Positions 19,525-30,452 of a DNA stretch of 64,000 nt are shown piece by piece; the first letter of the stretch is position 1; every line of letters starts with the position of its first letter. The notes under the pieces were generated by a model. It made no database searches. It worked only from the letters and a program-made list of their open reading frames with translations, and was not told the origin of the DNA. Origin of the DNA: Patescibacteria group bacterium (lineage in GTDB: Bacteria > Patescibacteriota > Microgenomatia > 0-14-0-10-38-17); NCBI GenBank assembly GCA_050953885.1, contig JBMNNJ010000001.1, positions 463,437 through 527,436 on the forward strand. Direction: 5' to 3'. The position numbers and the translations under genes were made by a program.

Positions 19525-19640
19525 CGCGGCGAACTCAAAACTCAAAACGCAAAACTCAAAATTTAAATTTTAAAAAATTTTGAGATTTTAGTTACAGTTT
19601 TGACATTTGAGATTTAAAATTTAAGTTCGCAGTGAAACGG
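19525..19640. repeat. Type-2 word hairpin (ctcaaaa / cgcaaaa / tttgag) inserted near the 5' end of 23S
   Basis: The sequence gaactcaaaactcaaaacgcaaaactcaaaattt...aaatttgagattttagttacagttttgacatttgagatttaaaatttaagttc is flanked by 23S sequence. Confidence 0.55.
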
Positions 19641-19849
19641 CGTGCAGCGCAGTTTTCACTGCGCTGGGTTTCCCCATTCGGAAACCACCGGATCAAAGGT
19701 TGGTTGGCACCTCCCCGGCGCTATCGCTGCCGCCAGCGTCCTTCTTCGGCTCTTGCTACCAAGGCATCCACCATTTGCCTTATGGCATTTTAAAAATGCG
19801 TCTTCCTACCCTTATTAAAGATAGGTTCCAAATTTTCAAAGTGCGAAAG

Positions 19850-19922
19850 TGGAGCCAGCCGGGATTGAACCGGCGACCTTCCCGTTGCAAACGGGATGCT
19901 CTTCCCGCTGAGCTATAGCCCC
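19850..19922 (-). tRNA. tRNA-Ala(TGC)
   Basis: The sequence is GGGGCTATAGCTCAGCGGGAAGAGCATCCCGTTTGCAACGGGAAGGTCGCCGGTTCAATCCCGGCTGGCTCCA. It has the G3:U70 pair and the anticodon loop cgTTTGCAAcg. CCA is not encoded. Confidence 0.9.
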
Positions 19923-20195
19923 AAAGCAAATGTAATGTAAAATGTAAAAAGTAGGGGCGTATTGCATACGCCCGCCAACAGGAAACAAACGACCAATGCT
20001 AAATTCAAAAGTTAAAATTTAAAATTCAAAATTGCAAGTCAAAAGTTAAAAGTTCTTTTGCTTTACTTTTGAATTTTGCATTTTGCATTTTGAATTATTT
20101 TTATTCGTTTCCCATTCGTTTTAATTCGTGTCTTTTTAGCCCGTCACTGCGAGCAAATTAGAATTATATCGGTAAAGGGCTTTCTTGTCAAAGTT
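19923..20195. repeat. Composite intergenic-type element (linker, type-1 hairpin, GC palindrome) occupying the tRNA-Ile/tRNA-Ala spacer of the rRNA operon
   Basis: It contains the palindrome gtaggggcgtattgcatacgcccgcc and a type-1 hairpin (caaaagttaaaatttaaaattcaaaattgcaagtcaaaagttaaaag...). It ends with the linker ttcgtttcccattcgttttaattcgtgtc. Confidence 0.6.
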
Positions 20196-20270
20196 TGGTG
20201 GGCGGCGAAGGAATTGAACCTTCTGCTTCCTCTTTATCAGAGAGGCGTTCTGCCGGTGAACTAGCCGCCC
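20196..20270 (-). tRNA. tRNA-Ile(GAT), with CCA encoded
   Basis: The sequence is GGGCGGCTAGTTCACCGGCAGAACGCCTCTCTGATAAAGAGGAAGCAGAAGGTTCAATTCCTTCGCCGCCCACCA. The anticodon loop is ctCTGATAAag. Confidence 0.9.
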
Positions 20271-20285
20271 GAAATTTTAGTGCGA

Positions 20286-20308
20286 GCAGAGAGGCGTTCT
20301 GCCGGTGA
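20286..20308. repeat. 23-nt direct duplicate of an internal tRNA-Ile segment (cagagaggcgttctgccggtgaa)
   Basis: The sequence is identical to 20238..20260, which lies inside tRNA-Ile. The copy sits between tRNA-Ile and the 16S 3' end. Confidence 0.7.
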
Positions 20309-20417
20309 ATCACGGACGCTCTCCCCGTCCTTTTTTTACGCCAAACTTTTAACTCTAGCCTTTGACCAACCAAAAGTGGTAGGAAGAAAAAATTTTTTAT
20401 TTTAAAGATTCTCCTAA

Positions 20418-22088
<1,671 letters not shown>

Positions 22089-22321
22089 AGTAAGGGCTTA
22101 ACTTTTAAAGCTAAACCCTTTCAAAAAAACTTCCTACCACTTTTGGTTTGTCAAAGAGCCAAAAAACCTCTGCCTTCAAGCAGAAGTAATTTCTATTTTA
22201 ACACGAAAAAAGAAGAAGGTAAAGAGAAAAAATGGCTAAAAAACACGAATGGGCACGAATAAATAAACTCAAATGTTAAATCGCAATCCGCCAGCTGGCG
22301 GATCAAAATTGCAAATACAAT

Positions 22322-22417
22322 TCCGTAGGGGCGGACCCATGTGTCCGCCCGTCAAAGGGTCCGTGATTGTCTATTTAAAACCATTAATCGGGTCGACACA
22401 TTGGTCGACCCCTACAA
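22322..22417. repeat. Type-4 element, copy 2 (variable core GATTGTCTA)
   Basis: The sequence is ccgtaggggcggacccatgtgtccgcccgtcaaagggtccgt...gggtcgacacattggtcgacccctacaa. It is preceded by ccgccagctggcgg. Confidence 0.8.
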
Positions 22418-22507
22418 ATATTCCTTTGCGTTTTACGATTTAACATTTGAGTTTCCTGCTGGCGGGCGTATGCAATACTCCCCTACTTTTCCCAATTTTT
22501 TAATTTC

Positions 22508-23035
22508 TTATTTCCCCTCCATCGCCTGCCATAAAACAATCGCTAAAGAAACCATCACGTTTAAACTTTTGTTAACCCCCCACATAGGAATTTCGATAAT
22601 TTGATCAGCCAACTTTAAAACAGAAGAAGAGACCCCTTCCGTTTCATTACCCACCACAAAGGCGGCGGGAAAACGATATTCTACCCGATGGTAGGGGGAA
22701 GACCTCGGACCCTGTTCTATCGCATAAACACTAACTTTCCCCGCCTCCTGGCGTAATTTTTTAATTGCCTCGTCAGCCCGGGGAGCATATTCCCAAGGCA
22801 CCCAGTTTTGGGTGCCAATCGCCGCCCGATGAATTTTAATATCCGGCGGGGTAGCCGTTTGGCCGCAAAGAATCACCTTTTGCGCCGCCACCGCCTCGGC
22901 CAGGCGAAAAATTGCCCCCACATTATAAGTGTCAAGAACATCCTCTAAAATAATATAAATCGGCTGGCGAGGAATAGTGGCCCGCTCCTCTTTTGTCGGC
23001 TTTTTTCTCCGTAACTGCCGGGCATTTAATTTCAT
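22508..23035 (-). CDS. SpoU/TrmH family RNA 2'-O-methyltransferase
   Basis: The SPOUT motifs are ILEDVLDTYNVGAIFR, VVGNETEGVS and a C-terminal trefoil-knot region. The start is moved to the ATG at 23035, because the longer ORF would read through the linker repeat. Confidence 0.75.
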   Translation of the reverse strand: MKLNARQLRRKKPTKEERATIPRQPIYIILEDVLDTYNVGAIFRLAEAVAAQKVILCGQTATPPDIKIHRAAIGTQNWVPWEYAPRADEAIKKLRQEAGKVSVYAIEQGPRSSPYHRVEYRFPAAFVVGNETEGVSSSVLKLADQIIEIPMWGVNKSLNVMVSLAIVLWQAMEGK

Positions 23036-23079
23036 AGCTAAAATACACGAATTAACGCGAATAGGAAACGAATAAAAAT

Positions 23080-23200
23080 AATTCAAAATGCAAAAGTCAA
23101 AATTCAAAATTACAAGTTAAAAGTTTTCGCTCTACTTTTGAATTTTGACTTGTACTTTTGACTTTTAAATTTTAACTTTTGAATTTAGTTATCCGTTCTG
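23080..23200. repeat. Type-1 word hairpin
   Basis: The left arm caaaatgcaaaagtcaaaattcaaaattacaagttaaaag is followed by a loop and then the right arm acttttgaattttgacttgtacttttgacttttaaatttt. Confidence 0.7.
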
Positions 23201-23257
23201 GCTTTCGTCAGAATAACAAGCCGTTTTGCCCATTACGTGTTACGCATTTTTGTATTT

Positions 23258-24223
23258 CTACTTTTCCCAAGTATAAATCTTCCCCTCGTATTTACCGCGT
23301 ATCAACGGCTTTGTTTTGGCGGTGATACTATTTATATAAAGGGAGCTGGCGCTACCGATTGAGGAAGCGCCAAAATAACGGTTAAAGTTAAAAAGCCTTT
23401 CCCGCACCAAAAGCCCCATCCGGTTAATTTTTTCCTGAATTACCAACGTTTTTTCTCGCGCGCGCTCCGACTGGCCATAACAGCAATATAAAACCGAAGC
23501 ATTTTTTGCCTCCAAGGCCTCAATCCCCCGCGATAAAAACAAACTTATCCCGTTTGGCGTGTAAGGGGGGTCGGTAAAAACAACGTCGAAATTCGCCCGC
23601 AAATGAGACGGAAGCGGTTGGCGTAAATCATAATAAAGCGTTTCTATTTCCAGCTTTTCTTTATCAGCTTTTTCACGAATGGCGCTCAAAATTCTTTTAT
23701 CAATGTCTACCACCAAAATTCTTTTTGCCTCCTTTAAAAGGGCTACGGGGAGACAGGTAAAATCATCATCTCCTAAAAAAATTAAACGCCTCTTGGCAAT
23801 ATGGCCGCGGCGGCGCAAAAGAAGCCCTCTTTGCAAAACTGTTTCTTCTGTAGCCAAAAATTGATCAAAAGAACGATTAGAAGCGGGACGATTGGCCAAA
23901 AAAGATTTCGCCTTCGTTAAAAATTCTTTCTCTTCCGGCGAAAAATCTTGCTGCCAATAAGGAGTCCAATTAAAAGCCTTTGGGGAGATTCTGGCCACCA
24001 ACTTTTTCCCTCTCGAATTTAAAACCGTCAGGCGGCTTGGTTTTTCTAAATAAGAAGAAAGAAAGCGCCGAAAGTCATCTAAAATTGATTTGGAAAGGCC
24101 GGTTTCCTGAATTAGTTTCTGATTTTCAATCGGCTCTTTAAATAAAAAAAGCAACCCCTCCGCCTCTTTCGGGGTTAAGCCGACTTCCCCAGCCAGCTTT
24201 TCCAAAAAATCATCCTCTTTCAC
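23258..24223 (-). CDS. DUF43/BpsA-like SAM-dependent transferase with a DPPYT motif and an N-terminal HTH-like domain
   Basis: The C-terminal half contains VVDIDKRIL...DVVFTDPPYTPNG, a Rossmann-fold N-methyl/aminopropyl-transferase signature. Confidence 0.4.
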   Translation of the reverse strand: MKEDDFLEKLAGEVGLTPKEAEGLLFLFKEPIENQKLIQETGLSKSILDDFRRFLSSYLEKPSRLTVLNSRGKKLVARISPKAFNWTPYWQQDFSPEEKEFLTKAKSFLANRPASNRSFDQFLATEETVLQRGLLLRRRGHIAKRRLIFLGDDDFTCLPVALLKEAKRILVVDIDKRILSAIREKADKEKLEIETLYYDLRQPLPSHLRANFDVVFTDPPYTPNGISLFLSRGIEALEAKNASVLYCCYGQSERAREKTLVIQEKINRMGLLVRERLFNFNRYFGASSIGSASSLYINSITAKTKPLIRGKYEGKIYTWEK

Positions 24224-24399
24224 TTTTTAAAAACCTTAATTGCTTCCACCGGACAAACCGCCGCTACCTCCTCCTCCCGATTTTTCTCCGGTTGCTTTAA
24301 AACTTCCGCCTTCCCGTCCGCTCCAATACGAAAAAAGTCCGGGAAAAGAGCCGCGCAAGTGCCGCAACCGATACACTTATCTTTGTCAACTTTTAACAT
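24220..24399 (-). CDS. 4Fe-4S ferredoxin
   Basis: The cluster motifs are CIGCGTCAALFP and AAVCPVEAI. The ATG at 24399 is the probable start. Confidence 0.8.
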   Translation of the reverse strand: MLKVDKDKCIGCGTCAALFPDFFRIGADGKAEVLKQPEKNREEEVAAVCPVEAIKVFKK

Positions 24400-24429
24400 A
24401 AGAAACACGAATTAAAACGAATAAAAATA

Positions 24430-24545
24430 ATTTAAAATGCAAAAGTCAAAAGTCAAAATTACAAGTTAAAAGTTAAAAGTTTTCACTCTACTTTTGAATT
24501 TTGACTTGTACTTTTGACTTTTAAATTTTAACTTTTGAATTTTTT
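24430..24545. repeat. Type-1 word hairpin
   Basis: The arms are the same as in 23080-23200, at 95% identity or higher. Confidence 0.7.
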
Positions 24546-24584
24546 TTAACAATACAACAGTTTAACCATATAACAACCTATCTC

Positions 24585-25370
24585 TTATCCCGCCAGCCAG
24601 CCGCCATCAACATAAAGAACCGTGCCGGTAATATAATCCGCTTCGTCGGATGACAAAAAAGCCACTGCTGCGCCAATATCTTCTGGCCTGCCTAACCGCT
24701 TTTTTAAAATCCTGGCCATCAGCGCCGTCATTGTTTGAGGATCTTTTTTAAAGCCGGCGGTCATATCGGTGTCAATTACCCCCGGCGCCACCGCATTAAC
24801 ATTAATTCCCAAGGGCGAAAGCTCCATCGCCAGCTCTTCGGTTAAAGCCACCACGCCCCCTTTTGAGGCGCAATAATGAGCCAAATTTAAAAACCCTACC
24901 CCTACCCCGCCGGAAGCAATTGAGGCCAAGTTAATAATCCGGCCGCTACCCCTTTCCTTCATCAAAGGCGCCACCGCCTTGGCGCATAAAAACTGGCTTT
25001 TTAAGTTAACCGCCAAGGTTTTATCCCAATCTTCCTCCGTTAGCTGGTCAAAGGGCTTAAAAATAGCAATGCCGGCATTATTCACCAAAATGTCAATTTT
25101 TCCGAAAGCTTTTTTAACCTCGGCGACCATTTTTTCCACCGCTTCCTTTTGGGAAACATCGGCCTGGACGATTATTGAATGCTGACCTATTTTTTCAATT
25201 TCTCTTTGCACCTCTTCGGCTTCTTCTTTTGAAGAACGATAGTTAATAGCCACCTCGGCTCCCTGGCGGGCTAATGAAAGCGCAATTCCCCGACCAATAC
25301 CTCTAGAGGCCCCGGTTACCAGCGCTGATTTACCGGATAGATTAAACATGTTTAAAAAATCAAAATTCAA
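24585..25370 (-). CDS. SDR family oxidoreductase (FabG-like)
   Basis: The motifs are TGASRGIGRGIA (cofactor binding), NNAG, and the S-Y-K catalytic triad in a YCASKGG context. Confidence 0.85.
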   Translation of the reverse strand: MNFDFLNMFNLSGKSALVTGASRGIGRGIALSLARQGAEVAINYRSSKEEAEEVQREIEKIGQHSIIVQADVSQKEAVEKMVAEVKKAFGKIDILVNNAGIAIFKPFDQLTEEDWDKTLAVNLKSQFLCAKAVAPLMKERGSGRIINLASIASGGVGVGFLNLAHYCASKGGVVALTEELAMELSPLGINVNAVAPGVIDTDMTAGFKKDPQTMTALMARILKKRLGRPEDIGAAVAFLSSDEADYITGTVLYVDGGWLAG

Positions 25371-25485
25371 AAGTTAAAAGTTAAAATTACAAGTTAAAAT
25401 TCAAAAGTAAAGCAAAAATAACTTTTAACTTTTGACTTGCAATTTTGCATTTTGAACTTTGACTTTTGAATTCTCTACGCCCCTT
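25360..25485. repeat. Type-1 word hairpin
   Basis: The sequence is caaaattcaaaagttaaaagttaaaattacaagttaaaattcaaaag...acttttaacttttgacttgcaattttgcattttgaactttgacttttg. Confidence 0.7.
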
Positions 25486-25515
25486 AGCAACTCTATAATA
25501 TGAACTTAATGTATT

Positions 25516-25956
25516 TTATCTTACCACCAAAAACATTAGTAAAACAAGAGCGAAAATTGCCAAGAAAAAAAGGGCTTTCTCCTCCTTTCTTTTAAGATAA
25601 TAGGTTCTTAAAAAATAACCGTTAATCGCCAAAACCATACCGTGGGCAAAAATTGCTTCGTTGGAGATAAGTAACCACAGGGAAAAAAAATAAAAAACGG
25701 CCTGAAAAGAAAAAGAGTTTAAAACCGGCGCAAGAGAGCGAGTAATTTCTTGCCCAAAATCCGGAGGCAACCGCAAACGTTGCCAATACTTCTCTCCCTC
25801 GGGACCAAAAATTTCCATTAACAACCAACCGAATAGCTCGCCTAAAAAGAAAAGGAGAGGCAAAAACCAATTATTGCCACCCAAACTTCCCATAAAATAC
25901 CAAACGAGAGCAACCAGGGCGGTAGTAAGAAAAGAAAAAGAAATTGGAAAAGACAT
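25516..25956 (-). CDS. Hypothetical small polytopic membrane protein
   Basis: There are four hydrophobic segments and no recognisable motif. Confidence 0.35.
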   Translation of the reverse strand: MSFPISFSFLTTALVALVWYFMGSLGGNNWFLPLLFFLGELFGWLLMEIFGPEGEKYWQRLRLPPDFGQEITRSLAPVLNSFSFQAVFYFFSLWLLISNEAIFAHGMVLAINGYFLRTYYLKRKEEKALFFLAIFALVLLMFLVVR

Positions 25957-26009
25957 TTTTTAGATTATTGAAAGACGCGAATTAACACGAATGGGAAACG
26001 AAAAAAAAT

Positions 26010-26130
26010 AATTCAAAATGCAAAAGTCAAAATTCAAAATTGCAAGTTAAAAGTTAAAAGTTTTTTTGCTTTACTTTTTAATTTTAACTTGTACTTTTGA
26101 CTTTTGAATTTTGACTTTTAACTTTTATTT
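26010..26130. repeat. Type-1 word hairpin
   Basis: It shares the same word set as the other type-1 hairpins and is flanked by the linker acgcgaattaacacgaatgggaaacgaaaaaaaa. Confidence 0.7.
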
Positions 26131-26976
26131 ACTCACATACCGACTTCTTCTGACCCAAAAACGCAGTGGCTTTTTAGCCCACTTCTCAGCATATTCTACC
26201 CCAATTCTTGGCCCGCTGGCAATCCTTTCTTTTTTAACTTTTTCTCCTCCCGCGATCCAAAGGCGAGAAGAGCGCGCTAAATTCTCGCCATTTTGGTCAA
26301 GAGTAATTTTAAGCCACGTGGTTAATTTTGCCGGACCGCAGGCCACGGTTCCCTTGCCGCCCACTACTGGTTTTAAGGCCCGGATCAGCACCGCCCCCGC
26401 CTCTTTCTCCGGGTGCGCCACCACATTAAACATCGTATAAAGACCATAAATTAAATAAATATAAGCCGTGCCGGGCGACCCCCACATTGCCTTTGCCCGA
26501 CCTTTTTTACCAAAACGGGCGTGCGAAGCCAAATCTTCTTGACCAAAGTAGGCTTCGGTTTCGGTAATTTGCCCGGCGCGCAAAATTCCTTTTTCATCAA
26601 TAGCCACCAGTATTTGCCCCAAAAGTTCTCGCGCGACCTTATCGGGATTTTTTTTAAAAAATGTCTTTTTTAACCGGCCTTTTTCAAGCTTTTCCTGCCA
26701 ATGATATTGGCCTAATTTCCATAAAAAAAGCCTTTTTTTGTTGACCGCCTTGCTTTCTAAAACCGAAAATTTTATTTTTTCCAAAACTGCCCGCGGCTCC
26801 TCTTTGGCTAATTTAATATACAAGGAACGATTTTCTAAATCACCCAGCACTCTTGCCAAATCATAACCATACTTTTGAAATTCGCGGGAAATATACTTAT
26901 CTTTTTGGAAATCATAACGACTTAAAATTTCCCCAAGCGGACGAAGATGATTATTCTTTTTGACCATCATTACCAT
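26125..26976 (-). CDS. mpg: 3-methyladenine DNA glycosylase (Mpg/AAG family) with an extra N-terminal domain
   Basis: The C-terminal core is ITETEAYFGQEDLASHA...GRAKAMWGSPGTAYIYLIYGLYTMFNVV. Confidence 0.7.
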   Translation of the reverse strand: MVMMVKKNNHLRPLGEILSRYDFQKDKYISREFQKYGYDLARVLGDLENRSLYIKLAKEEPRAVLEKIKFSVLESKAVNKKRLFLWKLGQYHWQEKLEKGRLKKTFFKKNPDKVARELLGQILVAIDEKGILRAGQITETEAYFGQEDLASHARFGKKGRAKAMWGSPGTAYIYLIYGLYTMFNVVAHPEKEAGAVLIRALKPVVGGKGTVACGPAKLTTWLKITLDQNGENLARSSRLWIAGGEKVKKERIASGPRIGVEYAEKWAKKPLRFWVRRSRYVSK

Positions 26977-28096
26977 AAACTAAAGCCGCCCCCAAGGCTC
27001 CCAGGAAAAAGCTCACCGGCCAAAAAAAAGAAGTTTTGGAAAAAAGCGCCAAAATTAAGCAAGCCAGCGCGGCGGCAAAATTAATTATCATCTCTCGGGC
27101 AACCAAAATTTCCAGAGGAAAATACCTCCCCCGCGCCTTTTCATAAACTAACGCCTGAAGGGGGATGTTCACCAAAATGCCGCCTACGGTACCAAAAAAG
27201 TCAAAGACAAAAAAACCCAAGGGGGTTTTGGCAATAATTCGCCATAGCCAATTAAAAACATTCAGCCCCACTCCCCAATTAATAATTTTTTTACCCCGGC
27301 GATCAACTAAACGCCCTATCCAAATCATCAAAAGAAATGAAAAAAGAATCGATAAGCCTTTAATTAACCCCAAGGCCTGATATTGCCCTAAATTTGCAAA
27401 GATAAAAAGAGGCCAGGAAAGAATTGCCACCGCCTCCAAACCATTCCCCCAAAAAGCCCGCTTCAAGTTTTTTTCCTGTTTCCCCTTCATAAAAAACCGT
27501 GTATCTTTAAAAGAAAACTCTACCCGAGAAGGATTAAAACGGTCAAAATAAAGCGGCAAAAAAGAAAGAACAAAGAAAAAGCCCGCCAAAAGGTAAGCGC
27601 TTCCCGCCCCATAAAGAGTAATTAACAACCCGCCTAAAATCGGGGAAAGAGCCGCGGCCAAGCTTGATAAAAGATTCATATAACTAACTTCCTTGCCAAA
27701 AAAACCATCTTCTTTTTCTTCGTAAACTACCGTTAAATAATAAGGCAGCCAGCAAAAAGGAATGGTTAGCCCCCAAAAAAAAGCCGCCAAGAAGAAAAAA
27801 AGCTGATTTTGGCCCCCCAGAAACAGAAAAAAAAGATAAGTTAACCGGCCTAAAACCGACAAAAAATAAGCATAATCGGGGGAAATAAATTTCTTAAGAA
27901 GAGTCGCCGCCAACGGCGTTGCCAAAACTACCGCCAGGTAGTAAATAAAATAAAAGCCAAAAACAGTCCCTATTTGCCCTGTTTTTTGCCAAACAAAAAC
28001 CGGGATAAAAATATCTAAAAGGGTCAGGCCAAAATTTAAGAAGAAGGTGGTTAAATATATTCCCCGCAGGCCGGAAAAACGACGTCTTGAAAACAC
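26951..28096 (-). CDS. Polytopic membrane transporter (MFS-like)
   Basis: There are about 12 TM segments and a loop motif GRLVDRRGKK that resembles the MFS loop 2-3. Confidence 0.45.
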   Translation of the reverse strand: MFSRRRFSGLRGIYLTTFFLNFGLTLLDIFIPVFVWQKTGQIGTVFGFYFIYYLAVVLATPLAATLLKKFISPDYAYFLSVLGRLTYLFFLFLGGQNQLFFFLAAFFWGLTIPFCWLPYYLTVVYEEKEDGFFGKEVSYMNLLSSLAAALSPILGGLLITLYGAGSAYLLAGFFFVLSFLPLYFDRFNPSRVEFSFKDTRFFMKGKQEKNLKRAFWGNGLEAVAILSWPLFIFANLGQYQALGLIKGLSILFSFLLMIWIGRLVDRRGKKIINWGVGLNVFNWLWRIIAKTPLGFFVFDFFGTVGGILVNIPLQALVYEKARGRYFPLEILVAREMIINFAAALACLILALFSKTSFFWPVSFFLGALGAALVYGNDGQKE

Positions 28097-28112
28097 AGAT
28101 AATATTTTTGAG

Positions 28113-28721
28113 TTAAATACTATATTTTCTTTCTAAATCTTCCATCCCTTCATTAATTCCCTTTACCAATAATTCCGCCGCTTTGGCGATCATTTTCTGC
28201 GCCTTTTTGCGCTCGTTTGGGAAAAAGGGATCGGTCACAAAATCAGCCACTTCCCGCGCCTTGTTGTTTTCATGACGAAAACCAACCCGTCCTTTCTCGG
28301 CCGCCGGCAAGGGATGGCCAATCCCCAAGCGCAAACGCCAAAAATCGTTACTCCCTAATTGCTCGATTACCGATTCCACTCCCCGATGACCGGCCGCCCC
28401 TCTTTTTCTCCCTACTTTAATCTGCCCCAACGCCAAATCCAAATCATCATGCACCACCACCAAAAATTGAGGGGGAAATTGATAGAAATCAACCAATTTT
28501 TTAACCGCAAAGCCAGCGGCGTTCATCGCCACTTGGGGCTTGGCTAAAATAAACCCTTCTCCCTTAATCACCTGCGCCTTAAGAGAAGCCTTTTTCTCCC
28601 AAACTTTTTCCGGCATCGGCAAAAGCTCTTGGGCTAATTTTTCCACCACCATAAAGCCCAAGTTGTGACGCGTGTTCTGGTATTTTTCTCCCGGGTTGCC
28701 CAACCCAACAACAAGATACAT
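28113..28721 (-). CDS. pth: Peptidyl-tRNA hydrolase
   Basis: The signatures are MYLVVGLGNPGEKYQNTRHNLGF and GHNG-like GAAGHRGVES. The internal Met at 28721 is the probable start. Confidence 0.85.
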   Translation of the reverse strand: MYLVVGLGNPGEKYQNTRHNLGFMVVEKLAQELLPMPEKVWEKKASLKAQVIKGEGFILAKPQVAMNAAGFAVKKLVDFYQFPPQFLVVVHDDLDLALGQIKVGRKRGAAGHRGVESVIEQLGSNDFWRLRLGIGHPLPAAEKGRVGFRHENNKAREVADFVTDPFFPNERKKAQKMIAKAAELLVKGINEGMEDLERKYSI

Positions 28722-28739
28722 CCTCTTTATTATAATCAA

Positions 28740-29210
28740 AAAAAATTATTTTTACACCCGAAAATTTATATATCAAAACAACCCCGGCTGGGAGTAGCGG
28801 GCTTTCCATCCGAAGCGGACAGATGGCCTGCGCTAAAAATGAGCGCGCAATATTTACCCGCCTCGGTTGGAAATTGCGCTACTTCATAACGAGGCGGTTA
28901 AATTTTACGCCGTACATTTATGCCTATATTTATGCCCCAACCGCATCTATATTTATACTTAATTTTCTGTATCAGTCGACTATATCATGGGATACAGGAA
29001 GAAAAATCACCACCAAAAAAAAGAGCATTTTTAAAGCCTCTTTGTCTTAGATAAATGTCAGGGGACAAGCGCTACTTAGTATTTTTAAGAAGCGAAAAAA
29101 GTGTTGCCTGCACCAAATGCTTTAAAGCATTCCGGGTTAAAGAGAAGTTTCCTTTTATTGGGTTGATTAATAGGAAAATGACTTTAGGTTTTAAAAATTA
29201 ACCAGCCCTG
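28740..29210. other. An atypical 470-bp non-repetitive intergenic region upstream of pth. It contains local hairpins and is a candidate leader or small RNA.
   Basis: It lacks the word-repeats that fill the other gaps. Hairpins include ccgcctcg...cgaggcgg and gcgct...agcgcgc. Confidence 0.3.
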
Positions 29211-29282
29211 TGGACCGGAGGAGAGTCGAACTCCCAACCTCTGCAATGCGAATGCAGCGCTCTACCATTGAGCCACCGGCCC
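29211..29282 (-). tRNA. tRNA-Ala(CGC)
   Basis: The sequence is GGGCCGGTGGCTCAATGGTAGAGCGCTGCATTCGCATTGCAGAGGTTGGGAGTTCGACTCTCCTCCGGTCCA. It has the G3:U70 pair and the anticodon loop TTCGCAT. CCA is not encoded. Confidence 0.85.
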
Positions 29283-29310
29283 ATATTTTTATCTGCTAAC
29301 AAATAACTTG

Positions 29311-29397
29311 TGCCGCGGGTGGGAATCGAACCCACACGATAGGGTTGCTACCACAGGTTTTTGAGACCTGCGCGTCTGCCAGTTCCGCCACCGCGGC
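29311..29397 (-). tRNA. tRNA-Leu(CAA), a type II tRNA with a long variable arm
   Basis: The sequence is GCCGCGGTGGCGGAACTGGCAGACGCGCAGGTCTCAAAAACCTGTGGTAGCAACCCTATCGTGTGGGTTCGATTCCCACCCGCGGCA. The anticodon loop is CTCAAAA. Confidence 0.85.
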
Positions 29398-29499
29398 CCC
29401 TCTTTAAGATACTAAGATATTAAGATACTAAGAAATTAAGAAATATTGTTAAAATTGTCAAAAACGTGAATTAACACGAACGAGAAACAAGAAAATAAT

Positions 29500-29800
29500 T
29501 CAAAAGTCAAAAGTTAAAAGTCAAAATTACAATACAATTCTGTAGGGGCGGACCCATGTGTCCGCTCGTCAAAGGGTCCGTCCCTACCTTATTTAAAACC
29601 ATTAATCGGGTCGACACATGGGTCGACCCCTACAAATTCCTTTGCGTTTTGCGATTTAACATTTGAGTTTATTTATTGTCTTTGAACTTTTATTTAGGTT
29701 CTAATCTTTGCATTTTGCACTTTGCGTTTTTTTATTACGAATTACGGATTACTGATTTTTAATTTTGACTTTTAACTTTTAAATTTCTAAAGCAATTCAA
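29500..29800. repeat. Long composite element (linker, type-1, type-4 copy 3, type-2 tail, type-5 words)
   Basis: Type-4 occupies 29540-29635. The whole approximately 300-bp composite is nearly identical to 52150-52440. Confidence 0.8.
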
Positions 29801-29808
29801 CAATATTC

Positions 29809-30444
29809 TTACCCCTTATTATACCCCAACGCCTCCTTAACCTGCTCGTCATTTACTTGGGGAAAATGATGATAGAACTGGCTAACGGACCAAAAAGCCA
29901 ATGGCGCTTCTTCATAAATAACCTGATCCGCCTCTTCCTGCAGTAACTTTAAGGCCTCCCGGGAAACAACCGGTGTTGCCACCATCACTTTTCTTGCCCC
30001 CAAAAGACGCGCCTGCCGTGCGGCCGCGGCCATTGTTGCCCCCGTGGCCGCTCCATCATCAACAATAATTGCCTCTTTTCCGACTAAGCTCAATTTTTCG
30101 TCTGGCAAATACGCACGCCAACGTCTTTTTACCTCGGTTGTTTTTAACTTTATTTCCTGCGCAAGATAACCTTTGCTGATGTTCAAGCTGTTAACCAGCT
30201 CTTGGTTCAAAAAAAGCGATTCGGGGGAGCTGGAAATAGCGCCAATAGCTAGCTCTGAATCTTGGGGCGCGGCTAATTTTTTGGCCACCAAAATACCCAA
30301 CGGCAAACCCAGATTGGAAGCTATTTCAGAAGCAACCACCACTCCCCCCCGAGGAATTCCTAAAACTACCGCCTTCTCTTTATTAATCGTTTCCTCAATT
30401 TTAGACGCCAGTTTCCGGCCGGCCTCTTGACGATCAAAAAACAT
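29809..30444 (-). CDS. Phosphoribosyltransferase family protein
   Basis: The PRPP-binding loop is AIIVDDGAATGATM. Confidence 0.7.
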   Translation of the reverse strand: MFFDRQEAGRKLASKIEETINKEKAVVLGIPRGGVVVASEIASNLGLPLGILVAKKLAAPQDSELAIGAISSSPESLFLNQELVNSLNISKGYLAQEIKLKTTEVKRRWRAYLPDEKLSLVGKEAIIVDDGAATGATMAAAARQARLLGARKVMVATPVVSREALKLLQEEADQVIYEEAPLAFWSVSQFYHHFPQVNDEQVKEALGYNKG

Positions 30445-30452
30445 TTTCCTGC

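Noticed and set aside
22089-22320. An rRNA promoter upstream of the 16S 5' end
   Set aside because: The region is A-rich with a linker repeat (aaacacgaatgggcacgaataaataaa), but I could not identify a convincing -35/-10 pair by eye. It is left uncalled.
28740-29210. tmRNA, RNase P RNA or SRP RNA in the non-repetitive gap next to the tRNA pair
   Set aside because: There is no tRNA-like T-arm (GGTTCGATTCC), no P4 consensus (AGGAAAGTCCGGGCTCC...ACAGAACCCGGCTTA) and no SRP domain IV motif on either strand. A weak ggaaagccc match is insufficient.
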